The position numbers were made by a program, and so were the translations under genes. The notes beneath the pieces were generated by a model. The model had not been told where the DNA came from and did no database searches. It saw only the letters and a list, made by a program, of their open reading frames with translations. A stretch of 64,000 bases of DNA from Eledone cirrhosa (lineage: Eukaryota). Below, piece by piece: positions 28,991 through 42,218 of this stretch; position 1 is the stretch's first letter; each line of letters opens with the position of its first letter. The DNA lies in NCBI GenBank assembly GCA_964016885.1, contig OZ024743.1, positions 331,080,001 to 331,144,000 of the forward strand, written 5' to 3'.

Positions 28991-29967
28991 TATAACGAAG
29001 GAAATGTGGTAAGGAACCAGGTGGACCATAACGCACCAAAGTACTCAATACTTAGGGTAGTAGAGTGGGTAATAGGAACGAGTAGGACCCCGACGGCTGA
29101 GCTCAAGCCGTTTCGACGGCTAATTCTGGACTAAATGAAAATTTTTATCCTGGTATATGAATATATGGTAAAAGTGATTGTCACAAGGATTGGTCATTTC
29201 TCGTATATCAGTATTTATTTTTTTTGGGGGGGGTGGGGATTCTGAATTAATTTTCCGTATCAAATTTTTCATATACTTCATACGAGCATTTATGTAGTTT
29301 GCACTAGAATTTTTGTACCGTATTAGTATTCTTTTTCGGGATTCTGAATTATTATTTCGTATTAGTTTATTTTTTGCACTGGGTGGTTGCTGGCCTGGTG
29401 CCTAGGGTAGAAACAATTATTTCGTATTAGTCTCGGGACTCTGAATTATTATTTTGTGGTAGTTTCTTTAGTATTTTGGTCCCCCCACTTGTTGACCCGT
29501 CACCGTAAGATATACTCGGTTGATTACTACTACCTCTTAAAAGGGTCTCATTATAATTCCGTCCCACCTAGTAAACTTTTCTATAGTCTAGCAGTACCAG
29601 TGAGAGACTTGATGGCTGTCGTTAGGTTATAGTAACCAGAAATTGTTTTTTTTTTTTGTTTTTTTTTTATATTTAATTGTTTTGTTAACCTTCTCGGTAT
29701 TCTTCTATATATTTACCCCATATTGTTTTAATTATTGTTTCGACTTCCTCCCCCTCCCCCTCCCTAGTATACTTGCTTGACCTCCTGCCCTGCTGTAGCT
29801 GGCACTATCAACGCACGACTGGGTTTCCTCCACCCCCTCTCCCTCTTTCTTCTACTGGCAGGTTCAGCTACCCCTTCCTTCCACAAATTGCCATGATAGA
29901 ATTATGTGTCTCAACAACAAACTTTTGACTAATCCTTGTGACAATCACTTTTACCATATATGGAATT

Positions 29968-30063
29968 ACCCCCTGAGAAGCTTGGCTATTCATATACCAG
30001 GATAAAAATTTCCATTTAGTCCAGAATTAGCCGTCGAAACGGCTTGAGCTCAGCCGTCGGGAT
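29968..30063 (+). ncRNA. HHR-like motif with variant core (CUGAGAA)
   Basis: acccc-CTGAGAAG..ggcta...tagcc..c-GAAA-cggct(tgagctc)agccg-TC^ggg; lies in an inverted repeat arm. Confidence 0.4.
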
Positions 30064-32436
30064 CCTACTCGTTCCTATATATATATATGACTACTGGAAA
30101 GGAATGCCAAAACAATGATAACTCCAGTAACATATCAAAAACAAAAATACCACAACTTCCCACCTGCCTGAAGAGAACATGTCAAATGAACATGTCAAAT
30201 GGTTATTATACAACCACTCTGAAGTCTTCAAAATATGTATAACAGGATTATATAATAAACAGAATGTACATTTAAAACCATCTCTCTTCTTTATAGTGTG
30301 AGTGTGTGTTGTGTGTGTTGTGTGTGTGTGCATGTGTGTGTGTATAGTGTAGTTATAAATTGAATATCAAAGATTGGAGATCACTTTTTCACTTTCTCTG
30401 AGATACACTTTCACATGAAGATTGTGTTTTTCAAATATGGCTTCTCACCTGAACAACTGTATACTGTTGACTTTTCTAAACTAAAAGCTAAAGAGCATCT
30501 TCTGCAGGCAGCGAAACAGCTATAGCAATTATTCAATATTTATAGTAGTGTAATAAATTCATATATATATACACACACTCACACATATATATATATGTAT
30601 ATATATATGCATATATATATATACATATATATATGTGTGTGTACATATATCATATATATATATATATACACATGTATGTATATACATATATACATACACG
30701 TGTATATATATGTATATACATATATATGTATATACATATATATATACACATGTATATATGTACATATATACATATATATATATACACACACACATATATA
30801 TAAAAACAAATTTATAATTTAGTGCAAAAGACATTTGGTTGGAGTTGGGAAATATTCTTTATTGGAGCCAACTGTAGATAATTTTTTGTGGAAGCCTTTA
30901 AAATGAAGCATCTGTCTAATTCTTCATAGATCTCATCTGATCCACAAATAAATATATAAATATATTAGGGGGCTCCTCAAAGACTGTTGCCATAAAATGG
31001 AATCTGTCTAATTCTTTAGAGATGCCATCTATAGATATATAAATAAATATATAAGAGGGCTCCTCAAAGACTGTTGCCATAAAATGGAATCTGTCTAATT
31101 CTTCATAGATCAAATCTACAGATATAGAAATATACATTATAGATGTTTCTTAAAGACTGCAGAATGTGACTGACACAAAGGAATTTGAACACTTGGCAAC
31201 ATTCTTTAATTTATTTGTGGGTAATGGTTTCTGATTTAGGCACAAGGTCAACAATTTTTGGGGAAGGGAAAATTGATCAAATTTCCCCAGTGCATTACTG
31301 GTACTTTATTTTATCGATCTTGTAAGGATGAAAGGCAAAGCTAACCTCAGCATGATTTGAACTCAGAACATAAATGGCAGTAACTCTATGCTGTGAAGCA
31401 TGTTGTCCGACACTCCACCAATCCACTGCTGATTTGTAGATAATACTTGCAGAAGTAGTTACAGTGGAGCTGGACACTTTCAAGAACTCTCTCATATATA
31501 CACTTCGGCCCCAAATAATAGAGGGGTCAGATGGAAAATTGGTAATTTTTTAAGGTTATCTCTATTGATTTTTTTTTTAAATCAGAATTAATCATTTAGT
31601 TTACATATTGAGACCCCAACACATCCTATTTATTTTATAAAGTATGGGATTCTTTGTACTTTTTTTTGTCATGTATAATGTTTTTTAATGTATAAAGAAA
31701 ATTAATAGTTGATTAGCAGTATTTAATAATCAAAGGGGGGGGGTATAACAGCAGAGGTAGGTGGAAAAAATCTGAAAAATTAACAAGTGGGGGGATGATT
31801 ATTTCAGACACTTGAGTAACTACATAATATTCCCCTCTCTCATCTCTTCAGTGTAGAGAAAAAAGAAGGGGTAGAGCTTGGAGGCTACTCCAATGGCTAT
31901 TAGTATACTCCAACCTATCAGTATCTCAGACATTTGACCATTTTGATACCAACCTCCTCCACTCACTTCTATGACACAAACATTCTTGTTCTGAAGTATT
32001 CATATTTTGATTAAAACCTCCCATCATAATTTCATTTAAGAAACTTGTGCTAAAGACACGAACCTACAATCTAAAATGTGACATGTTATTATCAATGCGG
32101 TGCTGTACAAAATATTTCTATCTTCAACAGTTTATATGCCCAACTTATTAGACTACTCTTCATAGTCAAACAACGTTGATGCTTCTTTCAACTATATATA
32201 ATATATATATATATACACATACAAACACATATATACATATAGGCCATCCAGCTGTAGAAACCAAGCCAAAATAGGTTCTGTATGAGCAAGACATGGTCAC
32301 CTGACCTGGCATTGATCACAACAGGATAACTCATCTAATCCATGCCAGCATAAAAACATGGGTGTTAAATGGTGATGATGATGATATAAATATATGTATA
32401 TATTAAATGGTGATGATGATGATATAAATATATGTA

Positions 32437-35400
32437 TTTATTAATTGTTAAATACGAAAGTTTTTGGTCGTATTGAACAGAACAAATTTTGTATTTTTGT
32501 TAATCGCTTGTTAAATGCAAGGACCCCATTCAATCATTACCTTCTATCTAGCGTATTTTCAAACCTTAATTCCTAACATATTTTCAAACCTCAATCCCTA
32601 ATTCTAGCGTATCTTCAAAACAAAAAAAAACAAAATCCTTTCCTTCTTCCTTCTTCGAAGGCATGGGGCGGTCAAACGCCTAACACACACAACCATCATG
32701 CGGCCACCCCCCCCTCTCTCTCTATATATATATATATATATATGATAGGAATTCACTTCGCCAAATTTCATTGCTTGCTGTCTACCCCACGATATTCATG
32801 TAACGTAATGTACAGATTTTCCTTCATCTCTCTACCTCCACAAATCCTAATTCTAGCGTATTTTAATCCTAATTCTAGCGTATTTTCAAAACAATCCATA
32901 TTTCGTATCAAGTCCAAATAGCCAATCTATCGCTAAAACAAACTACATTTTTTGTTTTTATTAATTGTTAAATACGAAAGTTTTTGGTCGTATTGAACAG
33001 AACAAATTTTGTATTTTTGTTAATCGCTTGTTAAATGCAAGGACCCCATTCAATCATTACCTTCTATCTAGCTACCCAACACCCCTCCCTCCCACCCCCA
33101 CGCACCACCATTGCTATTACGTGGACCAATCATAAACCAGAGCCCCCACGCATCACCAGTATTATTACGCGGACCAATCAGAAGCCAGAGGCCTATACTA
33201 TCGCTTGCCTGGTTGCCTTTCGATATATGATGGATGGATGGACTGCGGAATCCTGGAGAGTGGAGGAGAGAGAGAGAAAAATCTGGACGCTCAGCGATAA
33301 TGCCAAAGATAAAGACAAATTCACCTCTTGGACGAGAATGCGAGCACTCCTCATTGTTTCGACCGCGGACGGCTAACATAACCCCATCGCCCCCCGCCCC
33401 CCACCGCCCCCAACCCCCAAACGCAATCCAAAACTTCAGAGTTGGTACCATAAATGTAGGCACCCTAAAGGGTCGCGCTAACGAGGTTGTAGAAATGCTT
33501 GAACGTAAGGAGGTCGATGTTTGTTGTATTCAAGAGACCAGGTGGAGGGGTGGGTCTGCTAGGTTCATTGAGGGTACAAAACGATGTTATAAGCTTTTCT
33601 GGGTGGGAAACGACGATGGGCTGGGTGGAGTAGGAATCATGGTAGCAGAAAAGTGGGCAGATAAGATAATAGACGTAAATAGAGTGAACGACAGAATAAT
33701 TAAAATACGACTTGTCCTCAATAGAACTACGGTGACAGTAATATCTGCGTACGCACCCCAATCCGGACTGCCCGGCACTATAAAAGACAGATTCTATGAG
33801 ACACTGATGCTAACTACCTCCCAAATATCCGACAGTGACTATATAATTATCGCAGGCGACCTAAATGGTCACTTTGGACAACATTGTGACGGCTACGACG
33901 AAATCCATGGAGGCTATGGGTTTGGTACTAGAAATGAGGAAGGCTCCAGAATCCTGGAATTCTGTGATGCAAATAACCTAACTATCTGTAACACTAACTT
34001 CAAAAAACGTGACAATCACCTGATCACCTATAGATCCGGGGAACACACAAGCCAGGTAGATTATATCCTTACCAGAAGACGTGACAGAGTGTCTGTTGTA
34101 AACACTAAATCCCTCCCCCATGAAGAATGCACCTCCCAACATAGACTGATAATTAGCGACCTCATAGTCAGGACGAGACGTACTCGACAGCAGAAGAGGA
34201 CTATCCTCAGGAGAAAAATATGGAAGCTAAAGGACCCCACAGCCAGGAATAAATTTCAAAGCATATTACTTGATGCTTTCAGTAAGGAAGAACATTTAGA
34301 GTCGGACAATATAGAGGGAGAGTGGGAATTTCTGAAAGCAAACCTGCTGTTGGCGACAGACGAAGTCTGTGGCTGGAGCAGGCCTGTAGGCAGGAGGAGA
34401 GTAACATGGTGGTGGAACAGTAAGGTGGAGGGGTCAATTAAGGCCAAAAAGCAGGCTTGGAAAGTATGGCGGGATGGGGGAAGTAGAGAAGACTATCAAG
34501 TGGCCAGGAGGGAAGCTAGGAGACAAGTGTACTTAGCAAGAAGGGAAGCTGACGAAAGAAAGTTCAAGCATGTTCTACAACGCGATGACCAAAAACGTGA
34601 GGTGTTCAGGATTGCTAGGCAATGCGTCAAGGAAAACCGTGATATTGTCGGGGAGAAGTGTGTACTAAACGACGATGGCACACTTGCCATCACCGACGCT
34701 GATAAGACGGTAGCTTGGAAGTGTCACTATGAAAGGCTACTAAATGAGGAGAATAAATGGGAGAAAGACAGTCTCCCCCATATCGACCCAATAGAGGGAC
34801 CAGCAGTGTTAGTCGAGGGGAGTATAATAAGTAAGGCAATCAAGGATATGAAGACGGGTAAGGCGGCTGGGCCTTCGGAAATAGTTGCTGAGATGCTGAA
34901 GGCATCTGGCACGGTGGGACACACCATGGTCACCCGCATAGTTAACCAAGTCGTACAGAATGGGGTTGTTCCGAAGGACTGGCATAGCAGCATCATCGTT
35001 AACTGTTATAAGGGTAAAGGAGACGCCCTAGATAGGAGTAACTATAGAGGCATTAAATTAATCGACCAGGTCATGAAGGTCACGGAAAAAGTAATAGCGC
35101 AACTAATCAGAGAGAGAATTGACCTAGATGAAATGCAGTTCGGGTTTGTGTCAGGCAAAAGTACCACAGACGCTCTTTTCATAGTACGACAACTACAGGA
35201 GAAGTACCTAGCTAAAGGTAAACCCCTCTACTTAGCTTTTGTCGACTTGGAGAAAGCCTTCGACACAGTCCCCCGCTCCATTATCTGGTGGGCTCTTAGA
35301 AAACTAGGCGTTGACGAATGGCTTGTGAGGGCTATACAAGCCATGTATAAAGAAACAGTCAGCAAGGTTAGAATTAACAACGAATATAGTGAAGAGTTTA

Positions 35401-36860
35401 GCGTAAAAGTTGGTGTCCATCAGGGCTCTGTTCTCAGCCCACTACTATTTATTATTGCCCTTCAGGCTATAACAGAGGAGTTCAAGACAGGCTGCCCATG
35501 GGAACTCCTATACGCAGACGACCTGACACTCATAGCGGAATCAATGGCCGAGCTAGAGAAGAAATTCCAAACATGGAAGCACGGCCTAGAGTCAAAAGGA
35601 CTTAAAATTAACCTGGCTAAGACCAAAGTACTAGTTTGTAGGAAAGAAAACAAGGCGGCGGTCCCTTCTGGGAAATGGTCGTGCTCGGTGTGTAGGAAAG
35701 GCGTAGGTAGAAACTCCATTTTATGTCCTAAATGCAAAGTATGGGTGCATAAAAGATGTAGTGGGATCACAGGTAAGCTAACTAAGAACATAGATTGTAC
35801 ATGTGGCCGGTGCTCCGGTGCAATAAGTAGCAGCAAGTGCCCACAAAATACTAGCTCTTTCAATTGCGCAGAGGGTTCTATAGAAATAGTGGACAGCTTC
35901 CGTTACCTGGGCGATAAAATCAGCAGTGGAGGAGGGTGCTCTGATAGTACTGTAGCTAGAGTCAGAACTGGTTGGAAAAAGTTCAGAGAGCTTATACCAC
36001 TATTAGCTGCTAAAGGGTTCTCCCTAAAAATGAAAGGCAGGTTGTACGATGCCTGCATACGAACAGCAATGCTGCATGGCAGTGAGACCTGGGCATTGTG
36101 TGCAGAGGATATACGCAGACTAGAGAGGAACGAAGCTTGCATGCTCCGCTGGATGTGTAACAGTAATATACGTGAACGGCAAAGCATAAACGAACTAAGG
36201 AAAAAATTAGAGATAAGAGGGATCAGATGTTGTTTACTCGAGAGAAGGCTACGTTGGTATGGACATGTGATGCGCATGAAAGTCGATAGCTGTATAACAA
36301 AGTGCAGGGCAATGAAGATAGACGGTAGTCACGGAATAGGCAGACCTAGAAAAACCTGGGACGAGCTGATAAACTCCGACATCACACACTTACACCTCTC
36401 CAAGACAATGTCACTGGACCGAGACCTTTGGCGGTACTCAGTAACAGAGAAGACCCGCCTTACCTAAATATATAGTAAAACCTACTCCAGCCAGTAGGCA
36501 TCTCTAACAAAATACACCCCGTCCCACCCCCACCACCCCCACCCCATCCACACCACCCCGTTCTATGTAAAGTTATGTCGGTGCCGCGCCATCGAGGCCG
36601 AAACAAATGAGATCGTGTAGGTGTCACGACAAAAAAACACACAGTCCACGCTGTAATGTGGCCGTGTAGGCAACACGGTAAAAACCTCCCAGACCCACAC
36701 TGTAAATGTGGTTGGTGTTAGGAAGGGCATCCAACTGTAGAAAACCTGCCAGACAGTCCTATGCGAGCAAGACAATCACTCTTGCCTCAAGTGGGACTAC
36801 CCCCGTCCAAACCCATGCAAGCGTGGAACACGGACGTTAAACGTTGATGATGATGATGAT
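32437..36860 (+). mobile_element. Apparently full-length RTE LINE with 5' region, 3' UTR and (GAT)n tail
   Basis: Intact ORF; 3' UTR ends aaacgttgatgatgatgatgat and matches other copies in the window. 5' boundary uncertain and no TSD identified. Confidence 0.85.
33234..36467 (+). CDS. RTE-clade LINE polyprotein: AP endonuclease + reverse transcriptase with embedded PHD finger
   Basis: Uninterrupted 1077-aa ORF with APE motifs (GTINVGTL, IQETRW, AGDLNGH, VDYIL, SQHRL), RT motifs (NYRGIKL, DLEKAFD, GVHQGSVLSP, YADD), C4HC3 motif and RTE-type C-terminus (RRLRWYGHV...GRPRKTW). Confidence 0.95.
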   Translation: MDGLRNPGEWRREREKSGRSAIMPKIKTNSPLGRECEHSSLFRPRTANITPSPPAPHRPQPPNAIQNFRVGTINVGTLKGRANEVVEMLERKEVDVCCIQETRWRGGSARFIEGTKRCYKLFWVGNDDGLGGVGIMVAEKWADKIIDVNRVNDRIIKIRLVLNRTTVTVISAYAPQSGLPGTIKDRFYETLMLTTSQISDSDYIIIAGDLNGHFGQHCDGYDEIHGGYGFGTRNEEGSRILEFCDANNLTICNTNFKKRDNHLITYRSGEHTSQVDYILTRRRDRVSVVNTKSLPHEECTSQHRLIISDLIVRTRRTRQQKRTILRRKIWKLKDPTARNKFQSILLDAFSKEEHLESDNIEGEWEFLKANLLLATDEVCGWSRPVGRRRVTWWWNSKVEGSIKAKKQAWKVWRDGGSREDYQVARREARRQVYLARREADERKFKHVLQRDDQKREVFRIARQCVKENRDIVGEKCVLNDDGTLAITDADKTVAWKCHYERLLNEENKWEKDSLPHIDPIEGPAVLVEGSIISKAIKDMKTGKAAGPSEIVAEMLKASGTVGHTMVTRIVNQVVQNGVVPKDWHSSIIVNCYKGKGDALDRSNYRGIKLIDQVMKVTEKVIAQLIRERIDLDEMQFGFVSGKSTTDALFIVRQLQEKYLAKGKPLYLAFVDLEKAFDTVPRSIIWWALRKLGVDEWLVRAIQAMYKETVSKVRINNEYSEEFSVKVGVHQGSVLSPLLFIIALQAITEEFKTGCPWELLYADDLTLIAESMAELEKKFQTWKHGLESKGLKINLAKTKVLVCRKENKAAVPSGKWSCSVCRKGVGRNSILCPKCKVWVHKRCSGITGKLTKNIDCTCGRCSGAISSSKCPQNTSSFNCAEGSIEIVDSFRYLGDKISSGGGCSDSTVARVRTGWKKFRELIPLLAAKGFSLKMKGRLYDACIRTAMLHGSETWALCAEDIRRLERNEACMLRWMCNSNIRERQSINELRKKLEIRGIRCCLLERRLRWYGHVMRMKVDSCITKCRAMKIDGSHGIGRPRKTWDELINSDITHLHLSKTMSLDRDLWRYSVTEKTRLT

Positions 36861-37029
36861 ATATAATAATTATAACAAACCAGATTTTTTCTAGGATGCA
36901 TATACTATGTTAAGGTATCAATACATATTTAGTATGTATGATGATCATGTTTCTTAATAAATAAGCTCAATAGACCTTGGTTCAGAGCATCAATAATTCA
37001 AATTTAAAAGATATATATATTCACAGAAA

Positions 37030-37556
37030 GAGAGAGAATAAGCCACTATACTTAGCTTTTGTTGTTGACCTAGAGAAGAGCTTTGATAGGGTATCCCGAT
37101 CTGTCATCTGGTGGTCCCTAAGGAAACTAGGTGTAGAGGAATGGCTTGTGAGGACAGTGCAAGCTATGTACAGAGGTGCTGTCAGTAAAGTGAGAGTAGG
37201 AATGGAGTTTAGTGAGGAATTCCAGATACAAGTAGGTGTACATCAGAGTTCGGTCCTCAGCCCGCTCTTGTTCATTATAGTCCTCCAAGCCATAACAGAG
37301 GAGTTTAAGACTGGATGCCCATGGGAACTTCTCTACATTGATGATCTGGTTCTTATAGCAGAATCAGTAGAGGAGCTAGAGAATAAATTCTGGCTATGGA
37401 AACAGCAGTTGGAATCAAGAGGACTGAGAGTGAACATAGCTAAAACAAAGGTGTTGATAAGTAGAAGAGAGGACAATACTCTGATTCCATCAGGGTAATG
37501 GCCATGTTCGATATGTAGGAAAGGAACTCGCATAAATTCCATAAAATGTATGCAAT
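37030..37556 (+). mobile_element. Divergent RTE RT fragment
   Basis: KPLYLAFVVDLEKSFD...GVHQSSVLSP...YIDDL...KTK, then a stop and the PHD start (WPCSICRKG...CMQC). Confidence 0.85.
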
Positions 37557-37798
37557 GCAGTGCACCTTACTGCTGCATTAGTTCGGCAGAAACTCGAGTC
37601 CAGGAACCTTATAGGCACCCGTTTTACGTGTGTTGTGTTGAGGCAAATAACTATGTGTATACTCTGGTAATGTATCTTACATTGGCCATTGAGTGCGCTG
37701 AGATACAACTGGTACTGGCATTGATAAATATATATTATATATATATATATATCATATATCTATCTATCCATCATCATCATCGTCGTCGCCGCCGTCGT

Positions 37799-37838
<40 letters not shown>

Positions 37839-37916
37839 TGCTTTTGTATAAACATGTTCTAACAGTCTGTATTCTCCTTCGTAATCCTTTCATTTATATA
37901 CATATATACACATACA

Positions 37917-37952
<36 letters not shown>

Positions 37953-38607
37953 AATATACATCTATATATATATATATAAATACATGGAGGCACATGGCTT
38001 AGTGGTTAGAGCATTGGCCTTGCAATCGAAAGGTTGTGAGTTCAATTCTCAGACCGGGTGATGTGTTGTTTCCTTGAGCAAGACACTTTATTTCACTTTG
38101 CTCCAGGTTACTCAGCTGTAGAAATGAGATGATAGGGACTGGGGTCCATATCATTCCACTGCAAAGTGGTTGTGGAGGTGCCACGGCAAAAAAGCACCCA
38201 GCACTCACTGTAAATGAGGTTGGTGTTAGGAAGGGCATCCAGCTGTAGAAATCAAGCCAGAATCAGTTCGCGTCCCACCCTTGCAAGCAAGGAAAAGCGG
38301 ACGTAAAATGAAATGATGATGATATATATATATTTCTATGTATAATTAAATAATACGTACATATATTTATTTTTTTAATATCCAGTTGAGTTCTTAACAT
38401 GAGGTTTGGATTCCTAACAGGGTTCAATGACCTGCGTGTATTTTGTTTTATATTTTACAATAACCTCCCCTTCCCATTTGGGGACAGTGTGAGATTTTTT
38501 TTGAAGGACTGCTGGACTTTCAAACTTAGCGGTTCTTCTAGCACTGACGGTGACTATCGCTAAATATTAATATCGATATAGTTATTTATATTGATATTGC
38601 TTGGGCA

Positions 38608-38731
38608 TTCCACTGAAGAGTTATAAGATCCCACTTGCACGCGAATCTGTTGATCATATGCAAGCTTCTACATAACTTGGACATTTTTCTCCCACCTTGT
38701 AGAAATCTTATAACAAAACGATCGTATGGAA
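38608..38731 (+). ncRNA. Decayed HHR with extended stem II (GAAA read as AAAA)
   Basis: ttcca-CTGAAGA-gttataagat...atcttataac-AAAA-cgatcg-TA^tggaa. Confidence 0.6.
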
Positions 38732-39045
38732 AGTGAGATTTATTTAATTATGTCTCCTATAAAATAATACAGCCAACTATCCACACAATACAATATAGTT
38801 AGCACCCCAAACGTATAATTGGGAATATATTTAGGTATTTCCTAATGTTTGTTGAGTGAGATGGAAGTTGGTCGGAGTATCACTAATAGCTTTCTCTGTT
38901 AATGTATTAAGTATATATATATATATATACATACACACATATATATATATACATACACATATATATACATACACATATATATACATACACACACATATAC
39001 GTACGCACACATATATATATACATACACATATATATATATATATT

Positions 39046-42000
39046 AGTTAGGTGTGTAACTACAGTTACAGGTAGTGCACCATTTGAAGCACTCAACGCT
39101 GTTACGAGGTCCGTATCGTGTGGGTCGTATTCCAGAGTTAAGGCAGATGTAGTGCGCAGAGTGTAAATAGAAAAGAGACACCAGCTGGTCTGAAAACACT
39201 GTACCCACAACAACTGACAATAAAGAAACTGAAAAAACTCTGGGAAACTAAATCAGAACAACCTGCCATCCCCTGCACATAATCATAGACTGGAATCAAG
39301 GTACAAATTGTTGTCCTTGAATGCACGTAGTCTATGCAATAAGATTCATCTTTTTGACTCCTACGTCAAAAGTATCAACCCTGACTTCATTACAGTCACG
39401 GAAACTTGGGCACTTCCCTTACTCTGTGATGCGGTTTTCAGCATGACTGGCTACAACCTGTTTCGTAAAGACCACATTAATCGTTGTGGTGGTGGTGTAA
39501 TGGTCTACGTACGGTCAAATCTGTCGGCAATTCCTTGTGTTGATTTGAACACAGCAGGAAGTTTTTTTCTGCGATATACGTATGACCATGTCAACACTGC
39601 TACTTGGAGTCGTTTACCGTCCCCCAAACTACCATCAGGACACTCAACTTTGTGATATCCTCAGAGCTGTTGCCAGGTAGACAGCCACTTATGTTTTCAT
39701 TGCAGGAGACTTCAACCACCCTGAGATTGACTGGGAAACCTTTCGTTGGCCACCAAGTGCAAATGACTTCCTTGAGCTGGTGCTGGACTCGAGTTGGTCC
39801 CAAGTGGTCACCTCCCCAACAAGAGGTGACAACACTTTGGACCTACTCTTCACCACTACTCCTGAAACGGTCATTTGTGTTACTGCTGAGGAACCTTTAA
39901 GTGACTCTGATCATGCTATGATCATTTCCAATCTATCCCTCATGGGCAGTAACAAGAACCACAATCATCTCCAAACTGCTCACTTTGACTGGAATAAAGC
40001 AGACTGGAGCTGTTACTGCACCGAGTTGCAACGGCCAAACTGGCTTGAGTTCTACGACTCTGGAGATGTCAATACTGTACTCCAGAACATCCTGAGCTCA
40101 ATATGGACAGCATGTGCAGCATTGGGGCCACGTAAGCGGAAAAAACATCCCAAAAGTGAAATTTGGGAGACTGCAGCAGTCTGTCTTGCCAGAAAAGAAC
40201 GGCGCAATGCTGAATGTGAGTACAAACTTCACAATCAGACATTAATAGGAAGAGGCGAAATAGATCGTCCAACCACCTCAAACAGGTGACAAAAAAGGCA
40301 GTGCTTCAATTTGAGCAGCGCATAGCAACCAGTCCTGACAGTAAGGTGTTCTGGAAGTATGTTCACTCAAAGCAGAGGCCTCACTCTCCAGTTGGTCCTC
40401 TTCGCAATCCCCACACAAGCCAGGTTACTGACGATCCCAAGGAATGCGCAGAGCTCATTGCTGAATGCTATGCAGGCATTTTCACTATTGAAGACCAGAG
40501 TGTACCATCTCCACCACCTATGACACCGGATTCTATTACAACCATGGAATTTACACCTGCAATGCTGCGACGTCACCTAAAAAATAAACGCAATCATGCC
40601 TCTCCTGGTCTTGGTGGTGTTACGTACCTGCTTCTTAAACGTGGTGGGTACTTCCTTCTACACCAGTTATCATGCTTCTTCCAATTCTGTCTGAACAACA
40701 GTGCTACTCCAGAACAGTGGAAAACTGCCAGTGTCATTCCTCTGTTCAAAAAGGGTGACCTCACATCACCTGTGAACTATCGTCTAGTCAGTCTTACTAG
40801 TTGCATCGCCAAACTGATGGAATCCTGTGTCAGAGAAACACTTTGGAACTTCTGGAGCTCTCAGTCTTATCCAGCCCTCGCAATTTGGATTTATCCCCAA
40901 CTCCAGCTGCTGTGATCAACTTATAGAGTTTCTTGAGGACATCACCCGGATCACTGATGGCGGCTCATGGGTGGATGTTGTTTACCTTGACTTTGCGAAA
41001 GCCTTCAATTCTGTGCCACACAAAAGGCTTATGGTAAAACTCTCTGCAATGGGTGTGAAGGATGATCTTTTTAACTGGTTGAAGTCCTTCATTCTCAGTT
41101 GAAGAGAGGTAGTGACGGTTCTGGGACAGCATTCCTCACCATATGAGATGTCATCTGGTGTACCACAGGGATCTGTTCTTAGCCCCCTTTTGTTTGTGGC
41201 ATATATTAATGACATATATGCAAACTTAAAGAATGCCACAGTACTAAAGTACGCAGATGACATCAAGCTGTACCTTGAGATAAAAAGGACAGATCCTGAA
41301 CACTATAGATCTTGCTTGCAGTCTGACCTGCACACAATGCAACAATGGATCTCAGACTGGCAACTCAAGCTAGCTGTGGACAAGTGCACCACCATGCATT
41401 TTGGGAGTAAAAACCCAGCGTCGACATACTCCCTCCACAGCACTAATATCAAGAAGTCTTCTTGTGAACGTGACCTGGGCATTACGGTCAGCAGCGATTT
41501 GCGTTGGATGAAGCACATCTCTAAAATTGTCAAGAGGGCCGAGGGTGTTTTGGCATCACTAAGCAAGGCCTTTGTTAGCAGCTCTCCAGATATCTATTTA
41601 AGGCTGTACATGACTATGGTACGGCCACACTTAGAATTTGCATCACCAGTCTGGAACCCCTATCTTGCTCAGAACACTGACCGTCTGGAAACTGTTCAGA
41701 GACGTGCAACCAAGCGAATACCCTCCATCAAGCATCTACCATACTCTGAGCGCCTTGCTTCCCTGGGCATGGATACATTGAAGCTCCGACATCTGGCAAT
41801 TGACTTGGTAAACACCCACAAAATTGTTAACCATCTTGCCAACAACAACCCTGAGTACCTTTTTGATTTCCATGTGTCTAACACACATGAACATGCCCAC
41901 AAAGTCAGAAAACAGCACAGCTCCCATGACTTTCGGAAACATTTTTTCATGCTCAGAGTTGCTGAAGCATGGAACAAACCACCTGCATCAGTTGTTAGCT

Positions 42001-42187
42001 GCATCCTTTAAAACCTCCATGCTTCCCGAGATCCGCCAACACTACAGCTAATGTTCCCCCTCCATACACATACATGTATACCATGACTCATACACTATTC
42101 ACTTCCCTGACATTTGTGTATTATTCTATGTACTATACATACACCTTTGACGAGTTGTAGTGCACCTGAGCACTTTACACAATAATT

Positions 42188-42218
<31 letters not shown>
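39046..42218 (+). mobile_element. CR1-group LINE, ORF2 pseudogenised by frameshifts and stops, (ATT)n tail
   Basis: LNARSL, TETW, GDFN, SDSDH (APE); DFAKAF, GVPQGSVLSP, YADD (RT); HLEFASPVWNPY...LETVQRRATK. Split over several ORFs; ends aataatttc(att)n. Confidence 0.9.
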
